From Candidatus Sumerlaeaceae bacterium (GTDB taxonomy: Bacteria > Sumerlaeota > Sumerlaeia > Sumerlaeales > Sumerlaeaceae): a stretch of DNA of 64,000 nucleotides. The DNA lies in NCBI GenBank assembly GCA_026418615.1, contig JAOAAY010000014.1, positions 591-64,590 on the forward strand, in the 5' to 3' direction. Positions within the stretch are counted from its first letter, which is position 1. The number at the start of each line of letters is the position of its first letter. A model generated the notes under the pieces. The model was not told the origin of the DNA, searched no databases, and saw nothing but the letters and a program-made list of their open reading frames with translations. Below are positions 23,029 to 31,673 of this stretch, piece by piece. A program made the position numbers and the translations under genes.

Positions 23029-23072
23029 CAGAGGCCGCCCTTCCAGCGGGGGGCGTGGCCGGGCGGCCTCTG
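23029..23072 (-). terminator. Putative intrinsic terminator of the Gld-like operon
   Basis: 12-bp inverted repeat CAGAGGCCGCCC/GGGCGGCCTCTG just after the stop, then GCGATTTTT on the minus strand. Confidence 0.55.
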
Positions 23073-23074
23073 AC

Positions 23075-24268
23075 TCACTCGGTAGCGGTTGTGGGGCTCT
23101 CGCTGGTGGCCAGAGGAGCCGTGGTCATAGCGAATGTGGTCGCAGTATCCACCGGCGTCGGCGTGCCAACGGGTGTCGTTTCGAGATCGGCGGCCGAGGG
23201 GGTGGTGGCCTCGTCGGACACAGTCGTTGGCGCGGTGGTTTCGGTTTCAACTGTTTGCGTGGTTTCCGTGGTGCCGGTGTCTGCTGCGGGCTCGGGCGCC
23301 GGCGCTGGCGGTTTCAAGTCGTTGACGGCCGGCATGAGCAGGTTGCCCTGATAATCGGAGATCGTATAAATATCCGGAGCGTCGGCCCGTTTGACCAAGT
23401 AAGCGTTTTTCTCCGGCTCGCGGTTTCCGATGAGCAGAATCTCGGTAACCTCTTTGGGCGGAGAGGTCGAGCGGTCCTCGCGGACAATGGTTATTTTCTG
23501 GGCCGGCGGGTCGAGCCCCATTGTGGCGGGGGCTTGCGTGGTTGCCAGGTCAACAAACCCCGTGGCACGCAGCGTGGCGAGCACCGAGGTGATGGGCGTG
23601 ATCTTGGCCTCCTGTGCCTCGGCTTGCTCGGGCTTGGTCAGCCTCCATTTGCCGTCAATTTTCTCCACCTCAAAGGTTGTTGTCGTGCCCTCGGCGGAAA
23701 TGCGTTTGATGGAATCGGCGGCGAACTCGAAGATGGCCTTATCGCGCCATCCCTCAGGTTTGTTGAAGATGTAGGTCAGAGACGCGTTGGCCTCGACCAC
23801 TTCCTTTTCCCCGGCCTTGCGGACGAAAGTGGTGAAGAACGAGGAGCCGGCCTTGCCGATGAGCAAGTCGGCTAAGAGGCCACTCTTGCCGTAGATTTTC
23901 ACCTGAGTGGCGCTGCTTTCGGTCACCTCGAAGTCCGGGTGGCTGTCGGGATTGGCCGAGCGCACCTCTCCCTCAATTGTCTTTTCGATGGCTCCGACCA
24001 AGCCGTTGATATAGTTGCGATCCGCCTTATAGCCCTTTTCCGGATCCGTGAACCACGCGTCATCCTTGCGCGTCAGTGTGGTCGTCGTGCCGTCGGGCGT
24101 GCGAATCTCAATCCGGGTCAGAGTCGAGGAGGTGACTCCCTTGAAGACCTCACGGCGGGGGGCGGCCGCTTCGCCGATGACCCGCTGCTCGCGCCGGTTC
24201 AGGACGATGGCGACCGCTACCAAAACGATCGCGATGATGAGGAGAACGAGCGTGTTTTTCGGGTTCAT
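23075..24268 (-). CDS. DUF4340 domain membrane-anchored protein with Thr-rich tail
   Basis: N-terminal TM, two repeats with LLIG[K/N]..Y/FVRK, last gene of the gldA/F/G-like operon. Confidence 0.8.
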   Translation of the reverse strand: MNPKNTLVLLIIAIVLVAVAIVLNRREQRVIGEAAAPRREVFKGVTSSTLTRIEIRTPDGTTTTLTRKDDAWFTDPEKGYKADRNYINGLVGAIEKTIEGEVRSANPDSHPDFEVTESSATQVKIYGKSGLLADLLIGKAGSSFFTTFVRKAGEKEVVEANASLTYIFNKPEGWRDKAIFEFAADSIKRISAEGTTTTFEVEKIDGKWRLTKPEQAEAQEAKITPITSVLATLRATGFVDLATTQAPATMGLDPPAQKITIVREDRSTSPPKEVTEILLIGNREPEKNAYLVKRADAPDIYTISDYQGNLLMPAVNDLKPPAPAPEPAADTGTTETTQTVETETTAPTTVSDEATTPSAADLETTPVGTPTPVDTATTFAMTTAPLATSESPTTATE

Positions 24269-24283
24269 AGTCGGTTTGTCTCC

Positions 24284-25936
24284 CTATTCTCCTGCGCCAC
24301 CGTAAATGATCTCGTAGCGGCGGCGTTTCATGCGGTTCATGTAGAACTTGGCGATGCCGAAGAGAACGAGCAGGATAGGCACACCGGCGACCACGAGGAA
24401 CATGGCCGTGACCTGCTCTGACCGTTCAATTTGTGGGCGCAGTTTGGGGTTTTCTGTGAATTTCGACCGCAGGGCAATCAACTCGCCCCCGCGAGTCATG
24501 ACATCCGCCACATTCAGGAGAAACACTCCGTTGATTTGCCCCTGACGGCCAAGGACATTGTTGAAAAACGAGAAAGTTGATCCAACGACCACCACCGAGG
24601 CCTTGGGGTCGCTCTTGGTCCTGACTTCGCTGACCGGCACGGTGCGGGTTGAACCGTCATCATTGGTCAGCACCGGCGGATCCACGGTTGCGAAGCGGCT
24701 GTTGAGTTCGCCCGTGACCTGCATGGCCACCGGAAAGGCCCGCAGCGAGTCGTCGCCGCGGCGGGGCGGGTCGAGTCGTTCCGGTTCCAGATTAAAGATA
24801 CTCTCCTGCTTGCGTGTGTTGGGGCTGGTGCGGGCAAGGACCGTGAGCGTGCCGCTGGTGCCATGGTCGCTGGCGGCCACGCTGGAGCCAAAGTACAGCA
24901 TGATTCCGCCAAGATTAGCGGTGATAGGCGACTGCTTGTCCACATCGGGAACTTCGGCGATAAACGGATTCACGAGCGGCACAAACCCGCGCATGGTGGC
25001 AAACAGTTGCTGCACGCCGCGGCCCCAGTCCTCGAGCATGTCCGGGTTGATCTTCAGACCGTAGGGCTCGAGAATGGAGTTGATATTGGGGGTGCGCGCT
25101 GTGGCGCGGCCGGTGTTGAGGTCAATGTTGACGCCGGACGCCGCGACAAACAATTTGCCGCCGCGCATCACGAACTGGTCAATCCGAAACAGCGCTTCCT
25201 CGGACAACTCGCCGGGGTCGAAAACCATCAGCATACTGATGTCGTTCAGGTCGCCGAGGCGCGACGGCTCGAGATTCTTCACCTCGTAACCTTCCTGCTC
25301 GAGGATCTGCGGTACCAGGGTGAAGTTTCCGCCGTCGCCCATGAAGGGATTGCCGCCCGGTGCCACAAGGCCAATCTTGGGAATGTCCACCTGCGCCACC
25401 TTGTTGATCGCGGTGGTCAATTGGTATTCAAGCGGATAATCCGGCTGGATGACGGGCACCGTCTCGCTCTTGGCCTTGTGCTTAACGACAAAGCCCAGAA
25501 AGCCGCGTCGGGCGCTCAACTCGGTAGCCGTCTGCTGGGCCATGATCTGGCGCTGAACGCCGGCCTGCTCGGCTTCGCGTTCGATGGCGGGATCGTCAGA
25601 CGGATCCTTGAAGGCGTACTTCACGCGGCCCCGCGAGCGGATGCGGTACTCCATCAGGAGATCGCGCAACTGATTGCGCTGCTCGGTCCATTCCGATGGC
25701 GTGTCGCGCCCCGTCGCGTACACGGTGACTGTCACATCATCCGGCAGCCGCGCCAGCAGGTCACGGGTGGCGGCGCTGATCGTAAACTGTTTGCCGCGGG
25801 TGAGATCCCACCGCACCTGGCTGCGGCCGGCGAGGTAATTGGCCGCGCCAAGGATCACGATCAGAAGGATGACGCCTACAATGGCGCTGGAGCCGTACTT
25901 CAGGGTTCGGGAGGTTTTGTCCATCGGTTGTGCCAT
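24284..25936 (-). CDS. GldG-like ABC transporter auxiliary component
   Basis: RWDLTRGKQFTIS, DLLMEY, EYQLTTAI, IDQFVMRGGK, C-terminal TM. Confidence 0.88.
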   Translation of the reverse strand: MAQPMDKTSRTLKYGSSAIVGVILLIVILGAANYLAGRSQVRWDLTRGKQFTISAATRDLLARLPDDVTVTVYATGRDTPSEWTEQRNQLRDLLMEYRIRSRGRVKYAFKDPSDDPAIEREAEQAGVQRQIMAQQTATELSARRGFLGFVVKHKAKSETVPVIQPDYPLEYQLTTAINKVAQVDIPKIGLVAPGGNPFMGDGGNFTLVPQILEQEGYEVKNLEPSRLGDLNDISMLMVFDPGELSEEALFRIDQFVMRGGKLFVAASGVNIDLNTGRATARTPNINSILEPYGLKINPDMLEDWGRGVQQLFATMRGFVPLVNPFIAEVPDVDKQSPITANLGGIMLYFGSSVAASDHGTSGTLTVLARTSPNTRKQESIFNLEPERLDPPRRGDDSLRAFPVAMQVTGELNSRFATVDPPVLTNDDGSTRTVPVSEVRTKSDPKASVVVVGSTFSFFNNVLGRQGQINGVFLLNVADVMTRGGELIALRSKFTENPKLRPQIERSEQVTAMFLVVAGVPILLVLFGIAKFYMNRMKRRRYEIIYGGAGE

Positions 25937-25939
25937 CGG

Positions 25940-26674
25940 TCATGCCCACTTTCTGCTCTCGACACTGCGAATGTTGAGGAACAGGAAAAAGACGATTGCA
26001 GACAAATAATAGACAATGTCCGCCAGGTCGAGAACGCCGCGATAGATATTCACAAAGTGTCTGTACGGACTCAGGGCTGCGACATAGTCGCCCAGTCCGA
26101 ACGGAACCAGTTCCGCTACACGGGGGAATCCGACGAGGATCAGCGCGAAGGATATCGCGCAGCCGAGGATGAACGCGATGATTTGATTTTCGGTGAGGCT
26201 GGAGGCCCAAGTGCCTATGGCCAGGATTGTGGCTCCCAGCAGCAGCGAGCCCAGATAGGCACACGCTACCGGGCCCCAGTCGAGCGGTGTGCGCTCGTCG
26301 GCAAAATGGCTAACCATCCAAGGGATGGGGAATGTGAGTGCGAGCGCCAGGATGAGGAGGGCCAGGGCCCCGAGATACTTGCCAATGACCACCTCGTAAT
26401 CGCGCACAGGCAGGGTCATCAGGAGTTCCTCGGTGCCTGTTTTTTTCTCCTCAGCCCAGACCCGCATGGCGATGGCGGGAACGAGAAACAGGAACAGCCA
26501 CGGTATGTAAACAAAAAATCCGTCAAGCCGGGCCGCTCCGCTGCGGAAAAAGGTGCTCACATAGAGCAGCATGCAGGAACCGAGGATGAGAAAGATAATC
26601 AGAAAAATATATGTCGAAGGGGAATTGAGATAGCCCCCGAATTCCTTTTTGAAAATCCGCCAAATGTTTTTCAT
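25940..26674 (-). CDS. GldF-like ABC-2 permease
   Basis: KKEFGGYLNSP, AMRVWAEEKKTGTEELLMTLP, SSLTENQIIA. Confidence 0.9.
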   Translation of the reverse strand: MKNIWRIFKKEFGGYLNSPSTYIFLIIFLILGSCMLLYVSTFFRSGAARLDGFFVYIPWLFLFLVPAIAMRVWAEEKKTGTEELLMTLPVRDYEVVIGKYLGALALLILALALTFPIPWMVSHFADERTPLDWGPVACAYLGSLLLGATILAIGTWASSLTENQIIAFILGCAISFALILVGFPRVAELVPFGLGDYVAALSPYRHFVNIYRGVLDLADIVYYLSAIVFFLFLNIRSVESRKWA

Positions 26675-26902
26675 GGCAGTTTCGCGATCCACCTCTCAGG
26701 TTTGACCGGTGCGTCGCGTCTTGGCGCGCAAAGTCGCGCCCAAGCCGCATGGAAATTTTCCCGTTATTTGTCCCGTTAGCGGGTCGGGCTCTGCGCGCCT
26801 TCGGCATTCACAGTGCCCGACCCGTCGCGTCGGGCAGGGCGGGGGAAAACCGCCCGGTTAACTAGGATCCGTCCAGCCGCCACCCGTCAGCGGCAGGCCT
26901 GA

Positions 26903-27310
26903 TCACATGGCAGGACTGGTCTCAGGCGCAGCCGGGGCCGGTGTCGGGGCGGCAGGCTGAGCCGGCGCAGCGGGTGCGGCCGGGGCAGCAGGCGCAGCCG
27001 GAGGCGCAGGCTGGGCAGGCGCAGCAGGCGCCGCGGGCGCAGCAGGCTCAGCCGGCTTGGCTGCTTCAACCGGTTTGGTTGTCTCGGCCGGTTTAGCAGC
27101 CTCGGCCGGTTTAGCGGCCTCAGCGGGCTTAGCGGGTTCGGCGGGCTTGGCGGCCTCGGCGGGTTTTGCGGCTTCCGCCGGTTTGGCGGCAGGCTTCGCC
27201 GCGGGTTTTTCGGCGGCAGGCTTTGCGGCGGCCGGTTTAGCCGGTTCCTCCTTGGCGCAGCCGGCAAACACGGCGGCGGCGGCCACAAGCGCGATCAAGC
27301 ACTTGGTCAT
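26903..27310 (-). CDS. Ala/Pro/Lys-rich repetitive lipoprotein
   Basis: GGAGG RBS, VFAGC lipobox, AKPAEA repeats then APA repeats. Confidence 0.8.
   Translation of the reverse strand: MTKCLIALVAAAAVFAGCAKEEPAKPAAAKPAAEKPAAKPAAKPAEAAKPAEAAKPAEPAKPAEAAKPAEAAKPAETTKPVEAAKPAEPAAPAAPAAPAQPAPPAAPAAPAAPAAPAQPAAPTPAPAAPETSPAM
27050..27245. repeat. Degenerate 18-bp coding tandem repeat (AKPAEA/AKPAEP)
   Basis: gccggtttagcagcctcg / gccggtttagcggcctca / gcgggcttagcgggttcg and further units. Confidence 0.8.
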
Positions 27311-27374
27311 TGTACTAACCCTCCAGTTTTGAGTTGAATTGGCACTGCAAAACTTTGTCGGCACCGATGCGTCG

Positions 27375-28301
27375 TCATTTGGTCAGTTCGGCAAACACAT
27401 CCTCGAGCGTCGCGCCCTCGGAGCGCAATTCTGTCAGCACCCAGTTTTTGGCGACGACGGTTTTAAAGACCTGCTCCGGCAGATCTTTCGTTTGACCGGC
27501 ACTCACTCGGAAGCGCGCAGCGCCGTTCACTGACTCCAAACTCTCTACGGCCGTGACGCCGCTGATGGCGGCGAGGGCCGATTCGACCTCCGGCTTTGGT
27601 CCCCGGACCTGGACAACCACGCTGGACTGACCCGTGCCGCGGTTCATCAGTTCCTGCGGTGTGCCCGAGGCGACCACACGGCCGTCGCTGATGATAATGG
27701 CCCGGTCACAGGTCGCCGTGACCTCGGGCAGAATATGGGTGGACAAAATCACGGTTTTTTCGCGCCCGATCTCGCGAATGAGATCACGGATCTCCTTGAT
27801 CTGATTCGGGTCGAGGCCGCTGGTCGGCTCGTCCAGTATGAGAATGTCGGGTTCGTGCAGAAGCGCCTGCGCGAGGCCGACACGCTGGCGGTAACCTTTG
27901 GACAACTCGCCAATGTTTTTGCCGACGGCTTTTTGCAGGCCGGTCATCAGTACGACCTCGCCGATGCGTTGGCGCAGGCGGCCAGAGGGAATGTTGCGCA
28001 TCTGGCCCACGAACTTGAGGAAATCCACCACCGGCATATCGTGATAGAGAGGCGCGCCTTCGGCGAGATACCCGATGCGCTTGCGCACCTCGAGCGGGTT
28101 GTCAAAAACATCAAAACCCGCCACGGTCGCTGTTCCCGTGTCGGCGGGCATGTAGCAAGTCAGAATTTTCATCGTCGTGGTCTTGCCTGCGCCGTTCGGC
28201 CCGAGGAATCCCACGATTTCGCCCTTGTTGATGGTGAACGAGACGCCCCGCAGAGCGCGGGTTCGCCCGTAGTTTTTGGTGATGTTATCAACCTGTATCA
28301 T
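27375..28301 (-). CDS. GldA-like ABC transporter ATP-binding protein
   Basis: GFLGPNGAGKTT, LSKGYRQRVGLAQA, ILDEPTSGLDPNQ, STHILPEV. Confidence 0.93.
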   Translation of the reverse strand: MIQVDNITKNYGRTRALRGVSFTINKGEIVGFLGPNGAGKTTTMKILTCYMPADTGTATVAGFDVFDNPLEVRKRIGYLAEGAPLYHDMPVVDFLKFVGQMRNIPSGRLRQRIGEVVLMTGLQKAVGKNIGELSKGYRQRVGLAQALLHEPDILILDEPTSGLDPNQIKEIRDLIREIGREKTVILSTHILPEVTATCDRAIIISDGRVVASGTPQELMNRGTGQSSVVVQVRGPKPEVESALAAISGVTAVESLESVNGAARFRVSAGQTKDLPEQVFKTVVAKNWVLTELRSEGATLEDVFAELTK

Positions 28302-28385
28302 GTAGCCTCGCTGATCCCCGCGATACAGATGCTGCGACTGCCCCGAAGAACCGTCGCTAAAACGCACTCGTCCACCCAAGAAACA

Positions 28386-28401
28386 AGCACGATTCGTACC
28401 G
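28386..28401 (-). promoter_or_regulatory. Possible sigma54 (-24/-12) promoter of the Gld-like operon
   Basis: Minus strand CGGTACGAATCGTGCT with GG-N10-GC spacing, ~85 bp upstream of the ATG. Confidence 0.4.
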
Positions 28402-28790
28402 TCCCGCGTGGCTCTGGGGGCTGGAGTCGTTACCGGTTCTTTCGGAGAGGCAGGAAAGTCGGTGACCCAGCGCATCCGTCGCTCGTAAGTTGAGTGAATT
28501 CAAGCAGAAGAGTTGTTGAATGCGACTGGCCTGACTAACGGCGCACCGCGTCGGCCGGGTGCCCGAGGCCACGCGTGGCCATGCCGCGGCAAGACTCAGA
28601 CGGTGCGGTCTGTCCCCAATGTCTGCCACCCATGTGCCACTTTGACGCACACGACAGTCGCCCGTTTTTGGGTTTCAACAGGCGTTGCGGCAAGACTCTG
28701 TGGTGAGTAATCGGGCAGGTTGATGGTTGCACAAGGGGCGTGGCAACCCTCTTTGCGGGGGAGCCTTGGAACAATCCGTGGAAGGGAGTC

Positions 28791-30380
28791 ATGCGACCCG
28801 TGGGCGAACCCCGAGTGCAACTGGTGAACATTTTTCATCGCGCATTCGACAATTTCATCGCGACCGCGCGCACCTGTTATTCGCCGCGGGGCATCGTGGC
28901 CGTGGAGGAGGTGTCCGGCGGGCCGGATTCGGAGCCCTCCGAATTGCAAAAGCGACGCGAGCGGGCTGCGAACCTGGCCCAGAGTCTGTTCAAGGCGGGG
29001 CACCACACGACGCTACAGCATGCGCATGTCCAGTTTGCCATCGAAGGCGTGTCGCGCCACTTCATCTGGAGTTTCCTCCATTCACACCCTTTTTATAACT
29101 CCGAGCAGGTCAGCCAGCGCTATGTGACCGTCAAGGACGGCGCGTTCCATGTGCCGGACACCCTCTCGACGGCGGGTCGCGCGATCTATCAGGCGTGCCT
29201 CGAAAGGCAGATGCGCGATTATAGCGAGTTGTCGGAGATGCTGGCCCCCATGGTGGCGTCCGAATACTTTGCGCGCTTTCGCGGGCGTCAGGGGAGCAAG
29301 CGCGCCGCGGCCGACATTCGCAAACGGGCGCAGGAAATCGCCCGGTATGTTTTGCCAGTCGCCACGCAAGCGTACTTGTATCACACAGTCAGCATCATCA
29401 CGCTGTTGCGTTATTACCGCGTCGCGCAGGAGTTCGACACGAGCGCCGAGCAGCGGCGGGTGGTGCGGCTGATGGTAGAGGCGCTGCTGGCGCACGAACC
29501 TGATTTTGCGCTTATTTTGCAGGAGCCGCTGCCGATCGAGGAAACCCCTGAATATGCGTTTTTTGCGCAGGCAGGAGCCCACGAGGTGGATATGGCCAAT
29601 GCCGCGCGCGTCGTGCGGGAGTTTGACCAGAGTTTGGGCGGGGCGACGAGCATCCTCGTGGATTATGGCACGCACAACGAGGAGATCCTCGGGGCGGCTG
29701 TGCGGGAGGTGCTGGGGCTGCCGGCTTCGGCCATGGATGACGCGACAGCAATCGAATTGGTGCTCAATCCCGCACGCAACCGTCTGCTCGGGGAGGCCAT
29801 GAATCTGGCCACTCTGTCGAAACTGACCCGGACGCTGTTTCACCCGCGATATGTTTTCCGAAAGAAACTCAGCCATGCGGCGGACAGTCAGGATCAGCGC
29901 CATCGGCTGACGCCGGGGTCGCGGCCGATTCTTATGCGCCACTATTCCGGCGAGCCGGACTGCATCACCCCCCCGATCGTGCTGGGGGACGAGGCCGTTG
30001 CGCGCCGCTACGCGGACAGTCTGGCGGCGACCTATGAAACGATCAACCGACTGCTGCTGATGGACGAGTCGCCCGAAGATGCCGCCTACCTGCTGCCCAA
30101 CGCGGTGGCCGTGCGTTTTACGGAATCAGCCGACCTGCTGAATCTGCACCACAAGATGGCGATGCGTTTGTGCTACAATGCGCAGGAGGAGATCTGGCGC
30201 GCTTCGCTGGACGAGGCGCGGGCAGTCACGCGCGTGAATCCGCTCATCGGGCGCTGGTTGCTGCCGCCTTGCACGCTGCGCAAACATGCGGCGCAAAAAC
30301 CCATCTGCCCCGAGGGCGACCGCTATTGTGGGGTGCCTGTATGGCGCCTCGAGATGGACGATTACGAACGGCTCATTTGA
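28791..30380 (+). CDS. thyX: FAD-dependent thymidylate synthase, tandem two-domain form
   Basis: Domain 1 GHHTTLQH, GVSR, QVSQRYV, EIARYVLP; domain 2 QRHR, EDAAYLLPNA, RLCYNAQEEI. Confidence 0.82.
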   Translation: MRPVGEPRVQLVNIFHRAFDNFIATARTCYSPRGIVAVEEVSGGPDSEPSELQKRRERAANLAQSLFKAGHHTTLQHAHVQFAIEGVSRHFIWSFLHSHPFYNSEQVSQRYVTVKDGAFHVPDTLSTAGRAIYQACLERQMRDYSELSEMLAPMVASEYFARFRGRQGSKRAAADIRKRAQEIARYVLPVATQAYLYHTVSIITLLRYYRVAQEFDTSAEQRRVVRLMVEALLAHEPDFALILQEPLPIEETPEYAFFAQAGAHEVDMANAARVVREFDQSLGGATSILVDYGTHNEEILGAAVREVLGLPASAMDDATAIELVLNPARNRLLGEAMNLATLSKLTRTLFHPRYVFRKKLSHAADSQDQRHRLTPGSRPILMRHYSGEPDCITPPIVLGDEAVARRYADSLAATYETINRLLLMDESPEDAAYLLPNAVAVRFTESADLLNLHHKMAMRLCYNAQEEIWRASLDEARAVTRVNPLIGRWLLPPCTLRKHAAQKPICPEGDRYCGVPVWRLEMDDYERLI

Positions 30381-30404
30381 GCAGTCGAATTTTAGACGGC
30401 CTAA

Positions 30405-31454
30405 CTACAAGGCCCGCAACTTGGCTGCCAGTTCCGACGCTGTCAGTCGGTCGGTGAATTGCTGGAGAGGCTGGCCGGCACTGTTGTAGACATTGATGGT
30501 TCCGGCCCGGAAAACACCGAGTCGGTAAGCCATGTCCGTATTGCGCTGAAAGTCGAATCGGACGAGAACGAAATTGGTGGCCAGAATGCTTGATACCACG
30601 GGATCAGTAAAGACTTGCTCGTCGTAGTAGCGGGAGGTCGCGCTCTCTGGCGCCGCAAAGAACACGAAGATTTTTCGGCCAGTTTGGGAGGCTAACTGCT
30701 GGCCGCGCGCGATGTCGTCCACCCAACTCAGTTGGACGGGTGCCGATGGAGACAGCCCCGGCAGGCTCGGGGTACCGACGGCTGCGGTCAGCGGTGGGGC
30801 TGACGGTGTGGGGGCTGCGAGGCTGGTCCCGGGCGATCCGGGGATCCAGATGGCCGTTTCAGGAAGCGGCGTGGTGGTAAACCGCACCGCGTCGGCGTAG
30901 ACTTGACCAAAATTTTTAGTGTCCAGCGGCTGCACGGTTTGATCCACTGAGAGAACAACACCCTGTCCCTCGCCGGCCTTAAACTCGAAATCGCCAAGCA
31001 GAACCCACTTGTTGGCGTTAGCGATGCCGGAAACGCTCCCCCAGCCATCCTGCTGCACGGATTTGGTGGTTTCCCCGCCGGCGTGCTTGATGGTGTAGTA
31101 AACCGGCGCCGCATTGGCGGCGCGAGGCCAAGTGGTGTAAACATAGTAGCGACCGGCTTCTGTGAACACAGGCGAGAACGAAACCGCCGCCGCCTCATTG
31201 CGTCGGTTCGCGCCCGTCGGGTCGACGAACGCGAATTTGCGAGATCCACAGGTGCCTTGGGGCGTGAGGTCAATGGCACTGCTTTTGGCCGTCTGGGGGG
31301 GCACCTGACTATCAACCCAGTTACCAGCCAGCTCCTTGTACCACTGGTTGTTTTTTCCCTCGGCGCGAGACTCGATGATGATGTCCGCGGCAGGCACATC
31401 CGACGCCCCCAACAAGCAGCCGAGTATGACAGCAAGCCCCAAGCCTCGTTTCAT
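30405..31454 (-). CDS. Secreted protein: golvesin/xanthan-lyase CBD-like domain plus thioredoxin-like domain
   Basis: Signal peptide; GRYYVYTTW..YTIKHAGG..WVLLGDFEF..ADAVRF; C-terminal WVDDI..KIFVFF..NFVLVRFD. Confidence 0.7.
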   Translation of the reverse strand: MKRGLGLAVILGCLLGASDVPAADIIIESRAEGKNNQWYKELAGNWVDSQVPPQTAKSSAIDLTPQGTCGSRKFAFVDPTGANRRNEAAAVSFSPVFTEAGRYYVYTTWPRAANAAPVYYTIKHAGGETTKSVQQDGWGSVSGIANANKWVLLGDFEFKAGEGQGVVLSVDQTVQPLDTKNFGQVYADAVRFTTTPLPETAIWIPGSPGTSLAAPTPSAPPLTAAVGTPSLPGLSPSAPVQLSWVDDIARGQQLASQTGRKIFVFFAAPESATSRYYDEQVFTDPVVSSILATNFVLVRFDFQRNTDMAYRLGVFRAGTINVYNSAGQPLQQFTDRLTASELAAKLRAL

Positions 31455-31646
31455 GGCGACGAAGTCTCCCTTTACGAATGAGCACGCCCTAGAATATGTT
31501 CCCATTCGCGGAAGAGACACATAAGAAGAGGTGTCGGGCAACAAAAAATCCTGCCTTGCATTGTGTTCTGCCCGGACTTGCGGTACTGGCAGTCCGATGA
31601 GGGGCGCATTCGCTTGACATGCCTCGGAGCGGTTCATTGATAGCGG

Positions 31647-31664
31647 GCGATTTTGTAAAATCGC
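31647..31664. promoter_or_regulatory. Perfect palindrome, putative operator
   Basis: GCGATTTT-GT-AAAATCGC between TTGACA (31614) and the ABC start codon. Confidence 0.45.
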
Positions 31665-31673
31665 GGGGACTCC

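Noticed and set aside
24863-26779. 638-aa plus-strand ORF
   Set aside because: Antisense shadow of the gldG/gldF-like genes.
26930-27245. Repeats as a CRISPR array
   Set aside because: In-frame degenerate coding repeats with no spacers and no cas genes.
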